NCBI GenBank assembly: GCA_963792585.1
Contig: CAWBWI010000006.1
Location: forward strand, 576,001-640,000
Direction: 5' to 3'
DNA: 64,000 nucleotides
Source of the DNA: Candidatus Eiseniibacteriota bacterium
GTDB taxonomy: Bacteria > Eisenbacteria > RBG-16-71-46 > CAIMUX01 > VGJL01
Under the pieces are notes generated by a model. It made no database searches. It saw only the letters and a list, made by a program, of their open reading frames with translations, and was not told the origin of the DNA. Positions 29,809-43,015 of the stretch are shown in pieces. A program made the translations under genes and the position numbers. The number at the start of each line of letters is the position of its first letter. Position 1 is the stretch's first letter.

Positions 29809-30798
29809 CTAACGGGGAGAGGTCGCGGACTTCTTCTGCGGCACCGCGCCACCCTCGAGCTTGATCGCGAGCGTATCGAGGAACGCCCCTCCGACGCCGA
29901 GGGTTCGCGCCTGCCGCGCCGCCTTGGCGAAACAGGGACCGATGACCCCGTATCGATTGGCCGTCATCGCGGCGGAATACTGGAGCCGACCGGCGGAGCG
30001 CTGGGTCTCCAGGATCTTGCAGATCCATGCGGTCCACTCCTGCGTGGTCCCCAGCCGCAGCGCCGCCTTGTACGAGCCGTCCAGGGCCGCGCCCGCGCTC
30101 GAGCAGGTCGGGAAGCGGTCGAGGACGATCTTGTAGTTGTCCATCTGGAGCTTGGGGTCGACCCGGACCAGCTCGTGGTACTTCGCGATCCGCATGAGCG
30201 CCCGCTCCGCCTGGGCCGCGCGGTTCTGGGGATCGCGCTCGAGGATCCGGGCACACATCGCCTTCGCATCGGCTTCCCGCCAGCGGAAGAGGTAGCGTTC
30301 CAGGATCGGTTCCATGAGAGGCAACGAGTCGGGATGGGCCGCGAGGGCCCTCTCCATGTCGGGAAGCGGATCGATGCCGTTCTTCAGTTGACCCGCCTCG
30401 TCGAGGAACTTCGCCTTCGTCTCGTAGCCGACGACGCGGTCGATCTCCGTCCCGTCGGGACGGACGAAAACCACACAGGGAAGACCCGTGATCGGATAAC
30501 GCTTGGTCAGATCCGTTCCCGCCGGGGTCGTGCTGTCGATCTTCAGAGGGATCATGTCGGCGGCGAAGGCGGCCCCGTCGGGCGTATTCCAGAACTCCGT
30601 CTCCATGACGATGCACTGCCCGCAGTGGTTCGCCCGCACGTCGACCATGAGGATCCTCTCCGAGGAGGCGGCCTCGGCCAGCGCCTGATCGAGGGTCGCG
30701 TCGCGCCAGACGACTCCCTGCGCGCCGGTCCGCGCCGCGGGCGCCGCGAGCGCGAGCAAGAGGATCCAAACCCTTGTGATTCGCATTCTCGTCATCAT
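29809..30798 (-). CDS. Exported thioredoxin-fold protein with TPR-like C-terminus
   Basis: Signal peptide MMTRMRITRVWILLL; CGQC, GLP; fusion to tricorn in the ORF track results from a frameshift. Confidence 0.78.
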   Translation of the reverse strand: MMTRMRITRVWILLLALAAPAARTGAQGVVWRDATLDQALAEAASSERILMVDVRANHCGQCIVMETEFWNTPDGAAFAADMIPLKIDSTTPAGTDLTKRYPITGLPCVVFVRPDGTEIDRVVGYETKAKFLDEAGQLKNGIDPLPDMERALAAHPDSLPLMEPILERYLFRWREADAKAMCARILERDPQNRAAQAERALMRIAKYHELVRVDPKLQMDNYKIVLDRFPTCSSAGAALDGSYKAALRLGTTQEWTAWICKILETQRSAGRLQYSAAMTANRYGVIGPCFAKAARQARTLGVGGAFLDTLAIKLEGGAVPQKKSATSPR

Positions 30799-33700
30799 CC
30801 CCTCGGAAGCTTGGGCGGCGTGCGCCTGGGCTTGTCCTTGAAATCGGGAAGCCGCGGGGGATCCTTCTTCAAGATCTTGAGAATCTCCCCGATTCCGCGA
30901 TCGAGCTGCGGATCCTGACCCGCAGCGTGATCCTGAGGCCGGATCTCGACCTCGATGTCCGGATCGGTGCCGTAGTTCTCGACTCCCCAGCCGACATCGT
31001 TGAACCAGAAGGCGAACTCCGGCTGCGTCGTGATCGCGCCGTCGACCAGCGAGTGCCGCGGCCAGATTCCCGACGACCCCACCCCAGGTGCGCTTGCCGA
31101 TCAGCGGACCGAGTCCGTAGAGCTTGAAGCAGTGGCTGAAGATATCGCCGTCGCTGCCCGCGTACTCGTTCGTGAGGGCCACCATCGCGCCCATCGGCGC
31201 GTCGCTCGGGTACGACTCCGGGGGCCCGTACCGGTTCGCGTCGTAGCCCACCCGCTTGCGCAGCAACTTCTGCAGCAGCAATTGCGAGACGTTTCCGCCG
31301 CCGTTCCAGCGAACGTCGATCACGAGGCCCTCGTGGTCGACCTCGCTCGAGAAGTAGCGGTGGAACTCCGAGAAGCCGAGCGGCCCCATGTTGGGAATGT
31401 GGATGTAGCCGACCCGACCGTTGGTCGACTCGTGGACCTTCCGCCGATTCGTCTCGACCCAGTTGCGATAGCGGAGCATGTATTCGGAGGAAAGCGTGCG
31501 CACCACGATCGAGCGCCGGCGATCGGGCGTGGCCTTGCCGCGCTTCGCGGGGACGGCCTTTCCCGAACGGACCGTGAGGCGGACATCCTGGCCGGCCAGG
31601 TTCGTCAACCGCTCGTAGGGCGAGACGTCGCGATCCACCGGCTGCCCGGCGACCTCCAGGATCTCGTCTCCCGGTGCGAGGTTCAGGCCCGGCGCCGCCA
31701 GCGGCGAGTTCGCGCGCTCCCGCCACGAGTCGCCGCGCGGAATGCGCACGATCCGCCAGGTCGCGGTGCGCGGATCGAGCTCGATGTCGGCGCCCAGGAA
31801 CCCCTGATACCAGGTCGGCTCGGGCCGGTAGTCGCCGCCCATCTCGTAGCAATGCGACGTGCCCAGTTCGCCCTGCATCTCCCACATGAGATCGGAGAAC
31901 TCCGCGCGCGTCGCGACGCGCTGGACGAGGGGCAGGTATCGATCGTGCACGCCCGGCCAGTCGATCCCCGCCATGTCCGGCGTCCAGAACTGGTCGCGCT
32001 GCAGCCGCCACGCCTCGCGGAACATCTGCGTCCACTCGTCGCCTGGCACGATTCCGACCCGAACGCGATCCATGTCGAGCCATCCCGACTCGCGGCCCGG
32101 CATATCGCCGTTCTGCTTCTGCTCCACCTTGTAGGTGGACGGGAGGACGCGGACCTTGTTGCCCGAACGGATCGCCAGCACCTTCGTGTCCTGCGAAACG
32201 GTGAATCCGTTGATCTTCTCGTGCACCGTCTCGAGCTTCACCGCCTCGAGATCCCAGGCCTCGAGCCGCGCACGGGCGGCCGGCTCTCCCGCCTCGTACC
32301 AGGTCGCGTCCAAGGTTCCCTCGATCGGCATGGATGAGAAGAAGACGCGACCGCGGGCGCCGAGGACGCCGAGATAGCGACCCTCGGGCACCGGGAACGC
32401 GACGACGCGGTCCTCGATTCCATCGAAGTCGATCTCCACCTTGTACGGCCCCCTTGGGGGCTCCGGCTTCTCTTTTGCGGCGGGATGCAGACCGTTGGTA
32501 CCCGGCGCGCGCGCCGGGCGGGTCGCGCTCGGGAAAGGGGAGACGGTGTCGCGGCGCAGGGGCAGCAGGAACGGCTGGGAACCCTTCGGGAAGCCCAGGT
32601 CGAAGAACAGGGCATCGTGAACCGGATCGAAGATCCGCGTGGAGATGAAGTAGAGGTACTTGCCCTCCGGATCGAATGCCGGCGCCTCGTCGAAGAAATC
32701 GGGGCGCGTGACCGGGGTGACCTTCCCGGTCGTGGCATCGAGGATGTGGATCCGCGAGGCGCGCCGCGCGCACGGGAAGCTGTAGGCGAGCCAGCGTCCG
32801 TCGGGCGACCAGGCCAGCCCCTCGATCCGCCGGAAGGGGCTCTTCTCGACCTGGATCCGCTTGCCGGTCTTGAGGTCGACCAGGATCAGCTCCTGGCGCT
32901 GGTTGGTGAGCGCGAGGCGCTCGGGACCCGTGGGCGCGATCGCGATCTCGAGGGCGCGACCGAAGTCCCCCTGGATGATCTTCCGCTCCCCCGGGCGTTC
33001 CACGGATAGGATCGCGATCGCTTCCTCCCCCGGCGCGTCGGTGACGGCGACGACCCGCTTGCCGTCCGGCATCCACTGCGCGAGACGGAACCGCGCGCCG
33101 TCCGCTCCCGCGAGTTTCGTTGCCGCCCCCTCCCAGTTGTTCATCGCGAAGACCGCGCCCCGGTGCACGCTCGTGATCGCGTGCCCCTTGGGGTGGAGCG
33201 CGAAGCTCTCGAAGGCGCGGGCGCCGCTCACGAACTTTCGGTTTCGCTGGCTGCGTGTGCTGTGGAAAGCGACCGTGACCTTCGCCGCAACGCCGGTCGC
33301 GGGGTCAAAGGTGTAGAGGTCCGCGCCCGCGTGGTACGCGATCCGCCGGCCGTCGGTGTTCGGATAGCGAACGTAGAAGTCCTCGTGGTCGGTGTGGCGG
33401 CGCAGATCCCGTCCGGTCGGCGTGCAGGAGTAGAGGTTGCCGCAGCCCTCGTGGTCGGAGAGGAAGTAGATGCGCGAGCCGATCCACATCGGGCTGGCCA
33501 GATTGCCGCGGAGCTTGACGAGTTGCGTGAACGACCCATCTCCCGTCCGATCGATCCACAGGGTGCCGGCCGTGCCGCCGCGATAGCGCTTCCAGCGGGC
33601 GGGATCCCCCGAGTTGCGCCCGATCACGACCCCTTTGCCCTCGGGCTCGAGGGTGATCGACTTGGCGGGACCGAAGCGCAGCGCATTCGGCGATCCCCCG

Positions 33701-34071
33701 TCGGCGGGGATCGCGTAGAGGTGGCTGTAATTCATGAACGGCTGCCGCCAGTCGCTCGAAAAGAGGACGGCCGTGCCGGCCCTGTTCCATCCCGCGACCT
33801 GGCACATCTGCCCGAGCCAGGTCAGCCTCCGCGGCGCGCCGCCCAGGGAGTCCATCACATAGACCTCGGGCGGCCCGTCGTCGCGACCGGTGAACGCGAT
33901 CTTCGATCCGTCGGGCGAGAAGGAGGGGAACGAGATCGTCCCCGGACTCGCCGTCAATCGACGCGCGACGCCTCCCGCGGCCGGGACGGACCAGAGATCC
34001 TCCTCGCAGACGAAGACGATCGTGTCCCCGTGAATGGTGGGATGGCGGTAGTAACCGGCCTCGCTTGGCAT
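30795..34071 (-). CDS. Tricorn protease (S41 family); one apparent frameshift near 31075
   Basis: WKRYRGG, beta-propellers, PDZ, GYIH, NGGG, AGSDGD, GKRTWGGVVG continues as IWPRHSLVDG..ENYG in the other frame. Confidence 0.92.
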
Positions 34072-34247
34072 GTGTAATCCTCCTTGGTTCACCCCGGGCG
34101 GGCGCCGCGGATCAACGGGATCCCGAATACGCAACGTTTCCGCGGCGCACAGTCGTTGATCCTACTATGGGCGGGGGTTTGGGTTCCAGAGATCGGGGGC
34201 GCCGACGACTGCGATCCCCCGCGCCGCCATCGCCCCGACACGAACGA

Positions 34248-34691
34248 TCATTCCCGTAAGAGCTTACCGATCTTCGCCACCAACTGGTCCCGGAGCGACC
34301 GGAACACTTCGAGACGGACGGCCTCCGGCCCCTCGACGGCCGCGGGGTCCGGGAACCCCCAATCCAGCCGGCGGACGTCCCCCAGGAAGACCGGGCAGAC
34401 CTCCTCCGAGCAGAGCGTGATCACGAGGTCGATCGCATCGTGAGGAATCTGGGATACGGGCTTGGATTGCGCACCCGCGATGTCGATGCCGATCTCGGCG
34501 AGAACCCGGACGGCCAGCGGGTTCACCGCCCGCGGCACGGAGCCGGCCGAGAAGACCCTCACGCCGGACGGAGCCAGGGAACGCGCGATTCCCTCCGCCA
34601 TCTGGCTACGTGCCGAGTTGGCCACGCATAGGAAGAGGATCCCCCGGGGGGGCGACCCAGGGAGTGGCTCGGGCTTGCCCGTCCTGTTCAT
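34248..34691 (-). CDS. arsC: Arsenate reductase (LMW-PTP, thioredoxin-coupled family)
   Basis: LFLCVANSARSQMAEG, ITLC..CP, DP. Confidence 0.88.
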   Translation of the reverse strand: MNRTGKPEPLPGSPPRGILFLCVANSARSQMAEGIARSLAPSGVRVFSAGSVPRAVNPLAVRVLAEIGIDIAGAQSKPVSQIPHDAIDLVITLCSEEVCPVFLGDVRRLDWGFPDPAAVEGPEAVRLEVFRSLRDQLVAKIGKLLRE

Positions 34692-34816
34692 GCGGGGATC
34701 TTACCAGCGACGCGGCCGGACACAAGTCGAGTGCGCTCCGGCGCCCCGGAATCTGTGGTAACGTTCCCAACCGCAGGCGGATTCCGCCGACACCCCGAGA
34801 TGCCAAGGAGGCCGAG

Positions 34817-35317
34817 ATGGTTCACTCGATCGATGAGTTCCTGTCGAGCTGGAAATTCGAATCGGACGCGACCCTGAAGATCCTGGACGTGCTGACCGAC
34901 GCCTCCCTCGCCCAGAAGGTGACGCCCGAAGGGCGGTCCCTCGGCAGGCTGGGCTGGCACGTCACCCTCGCCCCCGGCGAGATGCTCCGCCATGCGGGGA
35001 TGGCCTTCGACGGGCCGCCGGATGATGCGCTCGTCCCGAAGACGGCGCGCGAGATCCACGATACGTACAAGCGGTCGTGCGAGACCCTCGTCGCTGCCCT
35101 GCCCAAGGCGTGGACCGATGCGATGCTCTCCGAGAAGATCCCCATGTACGGTCAAGAGTGGCCCCGCGGCATGGTCCTCTCGGTTCTCATGGTGCATCAG
35201 ACCCACCATCGCGGCCAGATGACGGTCCTGATGCGCCAGGCCGGCCTCCGTGTGCCCGGGATCTACGGACCCGCCAAGGAGGACTGGGCCTCGATGAACA
35301 TGCCGCCCCAGGAGTAG
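34817..35317 (+). CDS. DinB family protein
   Basis: RSLGRLGWH, HQTHHRGQ..PGIYGP; RBS AGGAGG. Confidence 0.9.
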   Translation: MVHSIDEFLSSWKFESDATLKILDVLTDASLAQKVTPEGRSLGRLGWHVTLAPGEMLRHAGMAFDGPPDDALVPKTAREIHDTYKRSCETLVAALPKAWTDAMLSEKIPMYGQEWPRGMVLSVLMVHQTHHRGQMTVLMRQAGLRVPGIYGPAKEDWASMNMPPQE

Positions 35318-35368
35318 GGAAACGCCGGGGGAACGATCCGGATGGAGACTCCACGGAAGGAGGTATCG

Positions 35369-35872
35369 ATGAAGCGCCGCACCACCGCACTCGTGATTCT
35401 CTTCGCGCTGGCAGCGATCCTGATCCTGCTGGCGCAAGCGAACATCCATGCCGGCCCCGCGCCCCAGGCGGACGCGCGGGAAGTCCTCATGAAGGCCGAC
35501 GCGGACTTCGACGCCGCGGTCGCCGCGAAGGGGATCGAAGCGTGGGTCGCCAGTTTCGCGGAGGACGGTTTGATGTTCCGGGCCGGCGAGCCCGTTCGTG
35601 GAAGGGCCGCGATCCGCGAGCTGATGGCCCCCGCGTTCGCGACGCCGGGCTTCTCCCTTCGCTGGCAGCCGGTCGCTGCTGACATCGCCGTTTCGGGTGA
35701 CCTGGGTTATACATACGGAACCTACCAGAACAGCTCCCCGGGAGCGGACGGCAAGCCGGAGGTGCGGACCGGAATGTACGTCACGATCTGGAAGAAGCAG
35801 GCGGACGGATCGTGGAAGGCGGTCGTCGATCTGGGGAGCTCGGCGCCCCCGGCGGAGCCGAAGAAAAACTGA
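35369..35872 (+). CDS. Exported NTF2/SnoaL-like (DUF4440) protein
   Basis: Signal peptide; SGDLGYTYG, GMYVTIWKKQADGSWK. Confidence 0.88.
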   Translation: MKRRTTALVILFALAAILILLAQANIHAGPAPQADAREVLMKADADFDAAVAAKGIEAWVASFAEDGLMFRAGEPVRGRAAIRELMAPAFATPGFSLRWQPVAADIAVSGDLGYTYGTYQNSSPGADGKPEVRTGMYVTIWKKQADGSWKAVVDLGSSAPPAEPKKN

Positions 35873-36077
35873 GGGGCGCGGGTGCTCCGGAGCGCCCGGG
35901 AGTGCTCACGAACCTGGGCGGGCGCCTCCGAACGCCCAGACAGTCGCGGACGATGCCGCATTTCGACACGCGTCCCGGTCAACGCAGGAATTCGACTACC
36001 GCGAATACGGCCGCGGTGCGACGTTCATCCCGATAGTGCAGAAAACCACTCAACCGGCCGCGATCGCGAGGTGCTCC

Positions 36078-36509
36078 ATGGGCGTGAATCCCATTCCCGA
36101 TCGATACCACACCGTTACCCCCTATCTCGTCTGCAACGGACTGCCCAAGCTGCTCGACTTCCTCGCGACCGCTTTTGACGCGGTCGAGGTGGAGCGAGCG
36201 CTGGATGGCGACGGCCGCGTGATGCACGCGGAGGCGAAGATCGGTGACTCGATCATCATGATGGGCGAGGCGAGGGAAGAGTACCCGCCGGTCATGACGT
36301 CCCTCTACCTGTACGTCGCGAACACGGACGCGACCTACAAGCGCGCGCTCGATGCCGGCGCGACCTCGATCATGGAACCGGCCGATCAGTTCTACGGAGA
36401 CCGCAACGCCGGCGTGATCGACCCCTCGGGCAATCGCTGGTGGATCGCCACGCACATCGAGGATGTGTCGCCGGAGGAGTTGGCGCGCAGGGCCAGGGAG
36501 CGGAAGTAG
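36078..36509 (+). CDS. VOC/glyoxalase family (PhnB-like) protein
   Basis: VTPYL, MHAEAKIGDS, FYGDR..DPSGNRW. Confidence 0.9.
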   Translation: MGVNPIPDRYHTVTPYLVCNGLPKLLDFLATAFDAVEVERALDGDGRVMHAEAKIGDSIIMMGEAREEYPPVMTSLYLYVANTDATYKRALDAGATSIMEPADQFYGDRNAGVIDPSGNRWWIATHIEDVSPEELARRARERK

Positions 36510-36549
36510 GCGGAGACTGCGCGGCGGGCGTCACCCGCCGCGCGATCCT

Positions 36550-38610
<2,061 letters not shown>

Positions 38611-38842
38611 CGGGCCTCCTTGGACGGCGGGAACTCCCGCGCCTCCAGTCCAGTGGATGCGAATCGAGCGCACCTACTTAATTGTCGGCGGCCGTCCGCC
38701 TGGCAGTACGCGGCGCGGAACGCGTAATGCTATCACGCTCCGCAGCATCTTCTCGGAAGGAAACGGAAAAAAGGTCTTGGCACGTGCTTATGCAGATCTG
38801 TATATTTCCCCCAAGTTCGTTCACGAAAGGAAGGTCTGCGAC

Positions 38843-38917
38843 GTGAAGATGAGCATCTGCCTCTATAGGACGCTGGCTCGATTCCCTAAGGGAGTCGTTC
38901 CAAGAGCGGGTGCATAG
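38843..38917 (+). CDS. Putative leader peptide (24 aa) of the ABC exporter operon
   Basis: AAGGAAGG RBS then GTG/ATG; MKMSICLYRTLARFPKGVVPRAGA; its 3' end covers the antiterminator arm. Confidence 0.5.
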   Translation: MKMSICLYRTLARFPKGVVPRAGA

Positions 38918-38977
38918 CACGCTGACCTAGAGTCACCCTGCAAACCCGCTCACCAGCCGCGAGCGGGTTCTTCGTTT
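38904..38977 (+). promoter_or_regulatory. Terminator/antiterminator switch (attenuator)
   Basis: ACCCGCTC (38944-38951) can pair with GAGCGGGT at 38904 or at 38961; the second hairpin is followed by CTTCGTTT. Confidence 0.6.
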
Positions 38978-39071
38978 CCAGCCCGAAATCGTTTCCGGAA
39001 GACCACCCACTCGTTGCTGAGCACCGACACCGATACTCGTTCGTACCGGGACTTCGCGAAGGAAGGGTGAG

Positions 39072-40904
39072 ATGACCTCGAAATACCGACTGATCTGGCA
39101 TCTGATGGAAGGCCAGCGTCTCCGATACGCCATCGCCATCGGCGCGCTCGTGCTCGGCTCATGCGTCATGTACTTGGTGCCGCTCGTGCCGCAGGTCGTG
39201 ATCGACGGCATCCTTGTCGACTCCGACGGGAAAGCCTCGGAGATGGTTCGGCGCGCCGTAGAGTTGGGCGGCGGCCGAGAATACCTGCGCGCGCACCTCT
39301 GGATCGCCGCCACCGTGCTCGTGGGACTCACAGCGATCGCCGGCGCCCTCACGTACATCCGCACCCGGTGGTCAGCGATGGCGAGCGAGGGGATCGTCGT
39401 GCGGGTCCGCGACCGGCTCTACGACCAGATCCAGCACCTGCCGTGCGCCCACCACGACAAGGCGGCGACGGGCGATCAGGTCCAGCGCTGCACCTCGGAT
39501 GTCGAGACGTTCCGGCAGTTCCTGGCCAACCAGGTGGTCGAGATCGGCCGGGCCGTCATCATGATGATCGTCCCGATCCCGCTCATGCTCGCGCTCGATC
39601 CTCGGATGACGCTCGTATCGGTTCTCGTGATCCCTCCGATCGTCATCTTCTCGATCGTCTTCTTCCGCAGGGTGCGTTCGGCCTTCAAGCAGGTCGACGA
39701 GGCGGAGGGAAAGATGACGAGCACGCTTCAGGAGAACCTGACCGGCATCCGGGTGGTGCGGGCCTTCGCCCGGCAGGACTATGAGAAGGAGAAGTTCGAG
39801 GCGCGCAACGCCGTCCATCGGGACCTCGACTTCCGGCTCTACAAGCTGATGGCCTGGTACTGGTCGACATCGGACCTGATGTGCATGGGACAGAAGGCGC
39901 TCGTCCTCGCGGCAGGCGGCTACTGGCTCGCGACCGGACAGCTCAAGGTCGGGGCGTTCTACTTCTTCCTGGCCGTGGTGAACATGTTCATCTGGCCGGT
40001 GCGGATGATGGGACGGATCTTGACCGAGCTGGGCAAGGCGACCGTGTCGATCGGCCGCATCGGGGAGATTCTCGAGAAGGAACGCGAGACCGACCCGGTC
40101 AAGACGGAGGTCGGAACCGTCGCCGGGCGACGCGGCGAGGTCGTCTTCGAGCGTGTGCTCTTCCACCATGGCGGGGAGAAGCACATTCTGGACGATATAT
40201 CGTTCCGCATAAGCCCGGGGCAGAGCGTGGCGCTGCTGGGTCCGTCCGGAGCGGGCAAATCGACGATCGTGAACCTGCTCCTGCGCTTCTACGATCCGGA
40301 ATCGGGCGTTATCCGGCTCAACGGCCAGGATATTGGCACCATGGAGCGCAAGGCGGTGCGATCCCAGATCGCCGTCGTGATGCAGGAGCCGTTCCTCTAT
40401 TCGAAGACGCTGCGGGAGAACATCCGCCTCGGACGGCAGAGCGCCCCCGAGGAGGAGATCAAGGAGGCCGCATCCATGGCCTGCGTCCACGCATCGATCC
40501 TCGAGTTCGAGAAGGGCTACGACACGCTCGTCGGCGAGCGCGGCGTGACCCTCTCGGGGGGACAGCGGCAGCGGGTCGCAATCGCGCGCGCGCTTCTCGG
40601 AGAGACGCCGATCCTGATCCTCGACGACGCCCTGAGCGCCGTCGACACGGAGACCGAATCGCTTGTCCTCGAGGCGTTGGCGCGCCGGCGCGGGAAGCAC
40701 ACGACGATCGTGATCGCCCACCGCCTGTCGACCCTGATGAGCGCCGACCGGATCCTCGTGCTCGACCATGGGCGCTTGATCCAGGAAGGGACGCACGCGA
40801 GCCTCCTCGGGGAGGACGGTCTCTACCGGCGCCTCTGGGATATACAGAACGAGGTCGAAACGGATCTCGTGAACGAGATAAGAGCCGCGGGAGTGGCGAG
40901 ATGA
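39072..40904 (+). CDS. ABC exporter, fused permease/ATPase (MdlA-like, heterodimer subunit 1)
   Basis: TM domain; GPSGAGKS, LSGGQRQR, LILDD (degenerate site). Confidence 0.93.
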   Translation: MTSKYRLIWHLMEGQRLRYAIAIGALVLGSCVMYLVPLVPQVVIDGILVDSDGKASEMVRRAVELGGGREYLRAHLWIAATVLVGLTAIAGALTYIRTRWSAMASEGIVVRVRDRLYDQIQHLPCAHHDKAATGDQVQRCTSDVETFRQFLANQVVEIGRAVIMMIVPIPLMLALDPRMTLVSVLVIPPIVIFSIVFFRRVRSAFKQVDEAEGKMTSTLQENLTGIRVVRAFARQDYEKEKFEARNAVHRDLDFRLYKLMAWYWSTSDLMCMGQKALVLAAGGYWLATGQLKVGAFYFFLAVVNMFIWPVRMMGRILTELGKATVSIGRIGEILEKERETDPVKTEVGTVAGRRGEVVFERVLFHHGGEKHILDDISFRISPGQSVALLGPSGAGKSTIVNLLLRFYDPESGVIRLNGQDIGTMERKAVRSQIAVVMQEPFLYSKTLRENIRLGRQSAPEEEIKEAASMACVHASILEFEKGYDTLVGERGVTLSGGQRQRVAIARALLGETPILILDDALSAVDTETESLVLEALARRRGKHTTIVIAHRLSTLMSADRILVLDHGRLIQEGTHASLLGEDGLYRRLWDIQNEVETDLVNEIRAAGVAR

Positions 40905-41055
40905 GCCGGGGCTGCCGGCTCGCCGCCGGAGATGAATTGAACGGCAGGGCCCCCGGCTCGCCGTTGAGACGCGTCGAACTGGCTGCACCTGCAGCGTTGT
41001 GGAGACGCGTCGGGCCGGCAACACTCAACGCGTCATTGAATAGGCAGGTCTGTAT

Positions 41056-42915
41056 ATGAGCGACTTTGAATTCCAAGAAGAGGATTACAAGAAGAGGCTC
41101 GACCCCGGTCTCTGGAAGCGGATCCTGGCGCATGCGCGCCCGTATCGCCGCGCGCTGGCCGGGCTCGCCATCGCCGGCGTGGTCGTCGCGGCAGTGGACG
41201 CGCTGCTTCCGATGGTCACCGGCCTGGTGATCGACGAGGCCGTCCAGAACGGCCCCGGCGCGAAACTCTGGGAGTACTGCCTCCAGTATCTCGCGCTCGT
41301 CACGCTGATGGCCGCGATGGTCTGGTTCTTCATCGTCATGGCCGGACGCGCCGCCACCGGGTTCGCGTACGACCTCCGCAAGGCCGGCTTCGCCCGGCTC
41401 CAGGAGCTGTCGTTCTCGTACTACGATCGGAGACCGGTCGGATGGCTGCTCTCGAGGATCACCTCCGACTGCGATCGGGTCTCGGGCATCATCCCGTGGT
41501 TCCTGCTCGACCTCGTCTGGGGAACGTCTCTGATCATCGGCGTCAGCATCATGATGCTGCGGCTCCATCCGGGGCTCGCCCTGCTGGTGATGGCGACCCT
41601 GCCGCCGCTCGTGATCGTCAGCGTGATCTTCCAGAGGAAGCTCTTGCGCAGCCAGCGTGAGATGCGCAAGACGAACTCGAAGATCACGGCCAGCTTCAAC
41701 GAGGAGATGATGGGGGTGAGGACGACCAAGACGCTCGTCCGCGAGGAGGCGAACCTCGGCGAGTTCCGCGCGCTCTCCGGCGAGATGTACCGGCACTCGA
41801 TGCGCAACGCCATGCAGGCCGCGATCTACCTTCCGATCGTGATCACCATCGGGAGCGTCGGCGTGGGCTTATCGCTGTGGCGGGGTGGCGTGGATATCTC
41901 CGCGGGCGCCCTCGGCGCGGCGATTGGCGGGCTCACGGGCGGGAACGGGGCCCCGATGAGCCTCGGCACCCTCGTCGCCTTCATCCAGTACGCCGCGTTC
42001 TTCTACATGCCCGTCCAGGAGCTGTCCGAGCGGTTCACGCAGCTGCAGGCTGCGCAGGCAGCCGCCGAGCGGATTCAGGGGCTCCTCGACACCGTTCCGG
42101 AGATCCGGGACGGAGCGGATGCCGTGGATCCGGGCGAGGAGACGATCGGACAGATCGAATTCCACAATGTCTCCTTCCAGTACAAGGAAGGACAGACCGT
42201 CCTGAGGGATTTCGACCTGCGGGTCCACTCGGGCGAGACGATCGCCCTGGTCGGACCTACGGGCGGCGGGAAGAGCACGATCGTGAGCCTCATGTGCCGC
42301 TTCTACGAACCGACCGCGGGAGAGGTCCGGATCAACGGCGTCGACTATCGAAAGAGGAGCCTGCAGTGGCTGCAGTCCCAGCTCGGCGTGGTCCTGCAAA
42401 CGCCGCACCTCTTCAGCGGGAGCGTGAAGGAGAACATCCGGTACGGACGCCTCGACGCCACCGATGAGGAGGTGCTGGAGGCCGCCCGGCTCGTCAACGC
42501 CGACGGCTTCATCCAGGAGCTCGAGAACAAGTACGAGACCGACGTGGGCGAGGGCGGCAACCGGCTGTCGACCGGGCAGAAGCAGCTCGTCTCGCTCGCC
42601 CGGGCCGTGCTGGCCGATCCACAGATCTTCGTCATGGACGAGGCGACCTCATCGGTGGATACCGAGACCGAACGGCTCATCCAGGGGGCGATCGAGACCG
42701 TCCTCGAGGGCCGGATCAGTTTCGTCATCGCGCATCGGCTCTCGACGATCCGATCGGCGGACCGGATCCTTGTGATCGAAAAGGGACGAATCGTCGAGGA
42801 AGGGAATCATGAGGAACTGATCCGCCGCCGCGGGCATTACTATGGCCTGTACACGAATCAGTTCGCCCGCGAGGGGCAGGAACGGATCCTCGAGGAGGCA
42901 TCGAAGACGGCATAG
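41056..42915 (+). CDS. ABC exporter, fused permease/ATPase (MdlB-like, heterodimer subunit 2)
   Basis: TM domain; GPTGGGKS, LSTGQKQ, MDEATSSVD. Confidence 0.93.
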   Translation: MSDFEFQEEDYKKRLDPGLWKRILAHARPYRRALAGLAIAGVVVAAVDALLPMVTGLVIDEAVQNGPGAKLWEYCLQYLALVTLMAAMVWFFIVMAGRAATGFAYDLRKAGFARLQELSFSYYDRRPVGWLLSRITSDCDRVSGIIPWFLLDLVWGTSLIIGVSIMMLRLHPGLALLVMATLPPLVIVSVIFQRKLLRSQREMRKTNSKITASFNEEMMGVRTTKTLVREEANLGEFRALSGEMYRHSMRNAMQAAIYLPIVITIGSVGVGLSLWRGGVDISAGALGAAIGGLTGGNGAPMSLGTLVAFIQYAAFFYMPVQELSERFTQLQAAQAAAERIQGLLDTVPEIRDGADAVDPGEETIGQIEFHNVSFQYKEGQTVLRDFDLRVHSGETIALVGPTGGGKSTIVSLMCRFYEPTAGEVRINGVDYRKRSLQWLQSQLGVVLQTPHLFSGSVKENIRYGRLDATDEEVLEAARLVNADGFIQELENKYETDVGEGGNRLSTGQKQLVSLARAVLADPQIFVMDEATSSVDTETERLIQGAIETVLEGRISFVIAHRLSTIRSADRILVIEKGRIVEEGNHEELIRRRGHYYGLYTNQFAREGQERILEEASKTA

Positions 42916-43015
42916 GTCGCCGGCGTGGCGAGCCGCAGCGTCACGACCATCGGACGGCGGAGGGAAACCTCTGCCGTCCGTTCTTTCGGGCACGGCTCTG
43001 GCTCTCAGCTTCCGC

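Noticed and set aside
29809..34134. 1441-aa tricorn-thioredoxin fusion in the ORF track
   Set aside because: The real tricorn C-terminus lies in another frame (30795-31082) and the downstream protein has its own start and signal peptide; single indel near 31075
14589..34691. Arsenic resistance island (ArsM-like gene plus arsC)
   Set aside because: The genes are 19 kb apart with no arsR/acr3, and the methyltransferase lacks typical ArsM cysteines
38777..38796. Sigma54 promoter TTGGCACGTGCTTATGCA
   Set aside because: GG-to-GC spacing is 11 nt rather than the required 10
40905..41055. Short GAGACGCGTCG repeats between the ABC genes
   Set aside because: Only two short copies, probably a local mRNA hairpin; no further support
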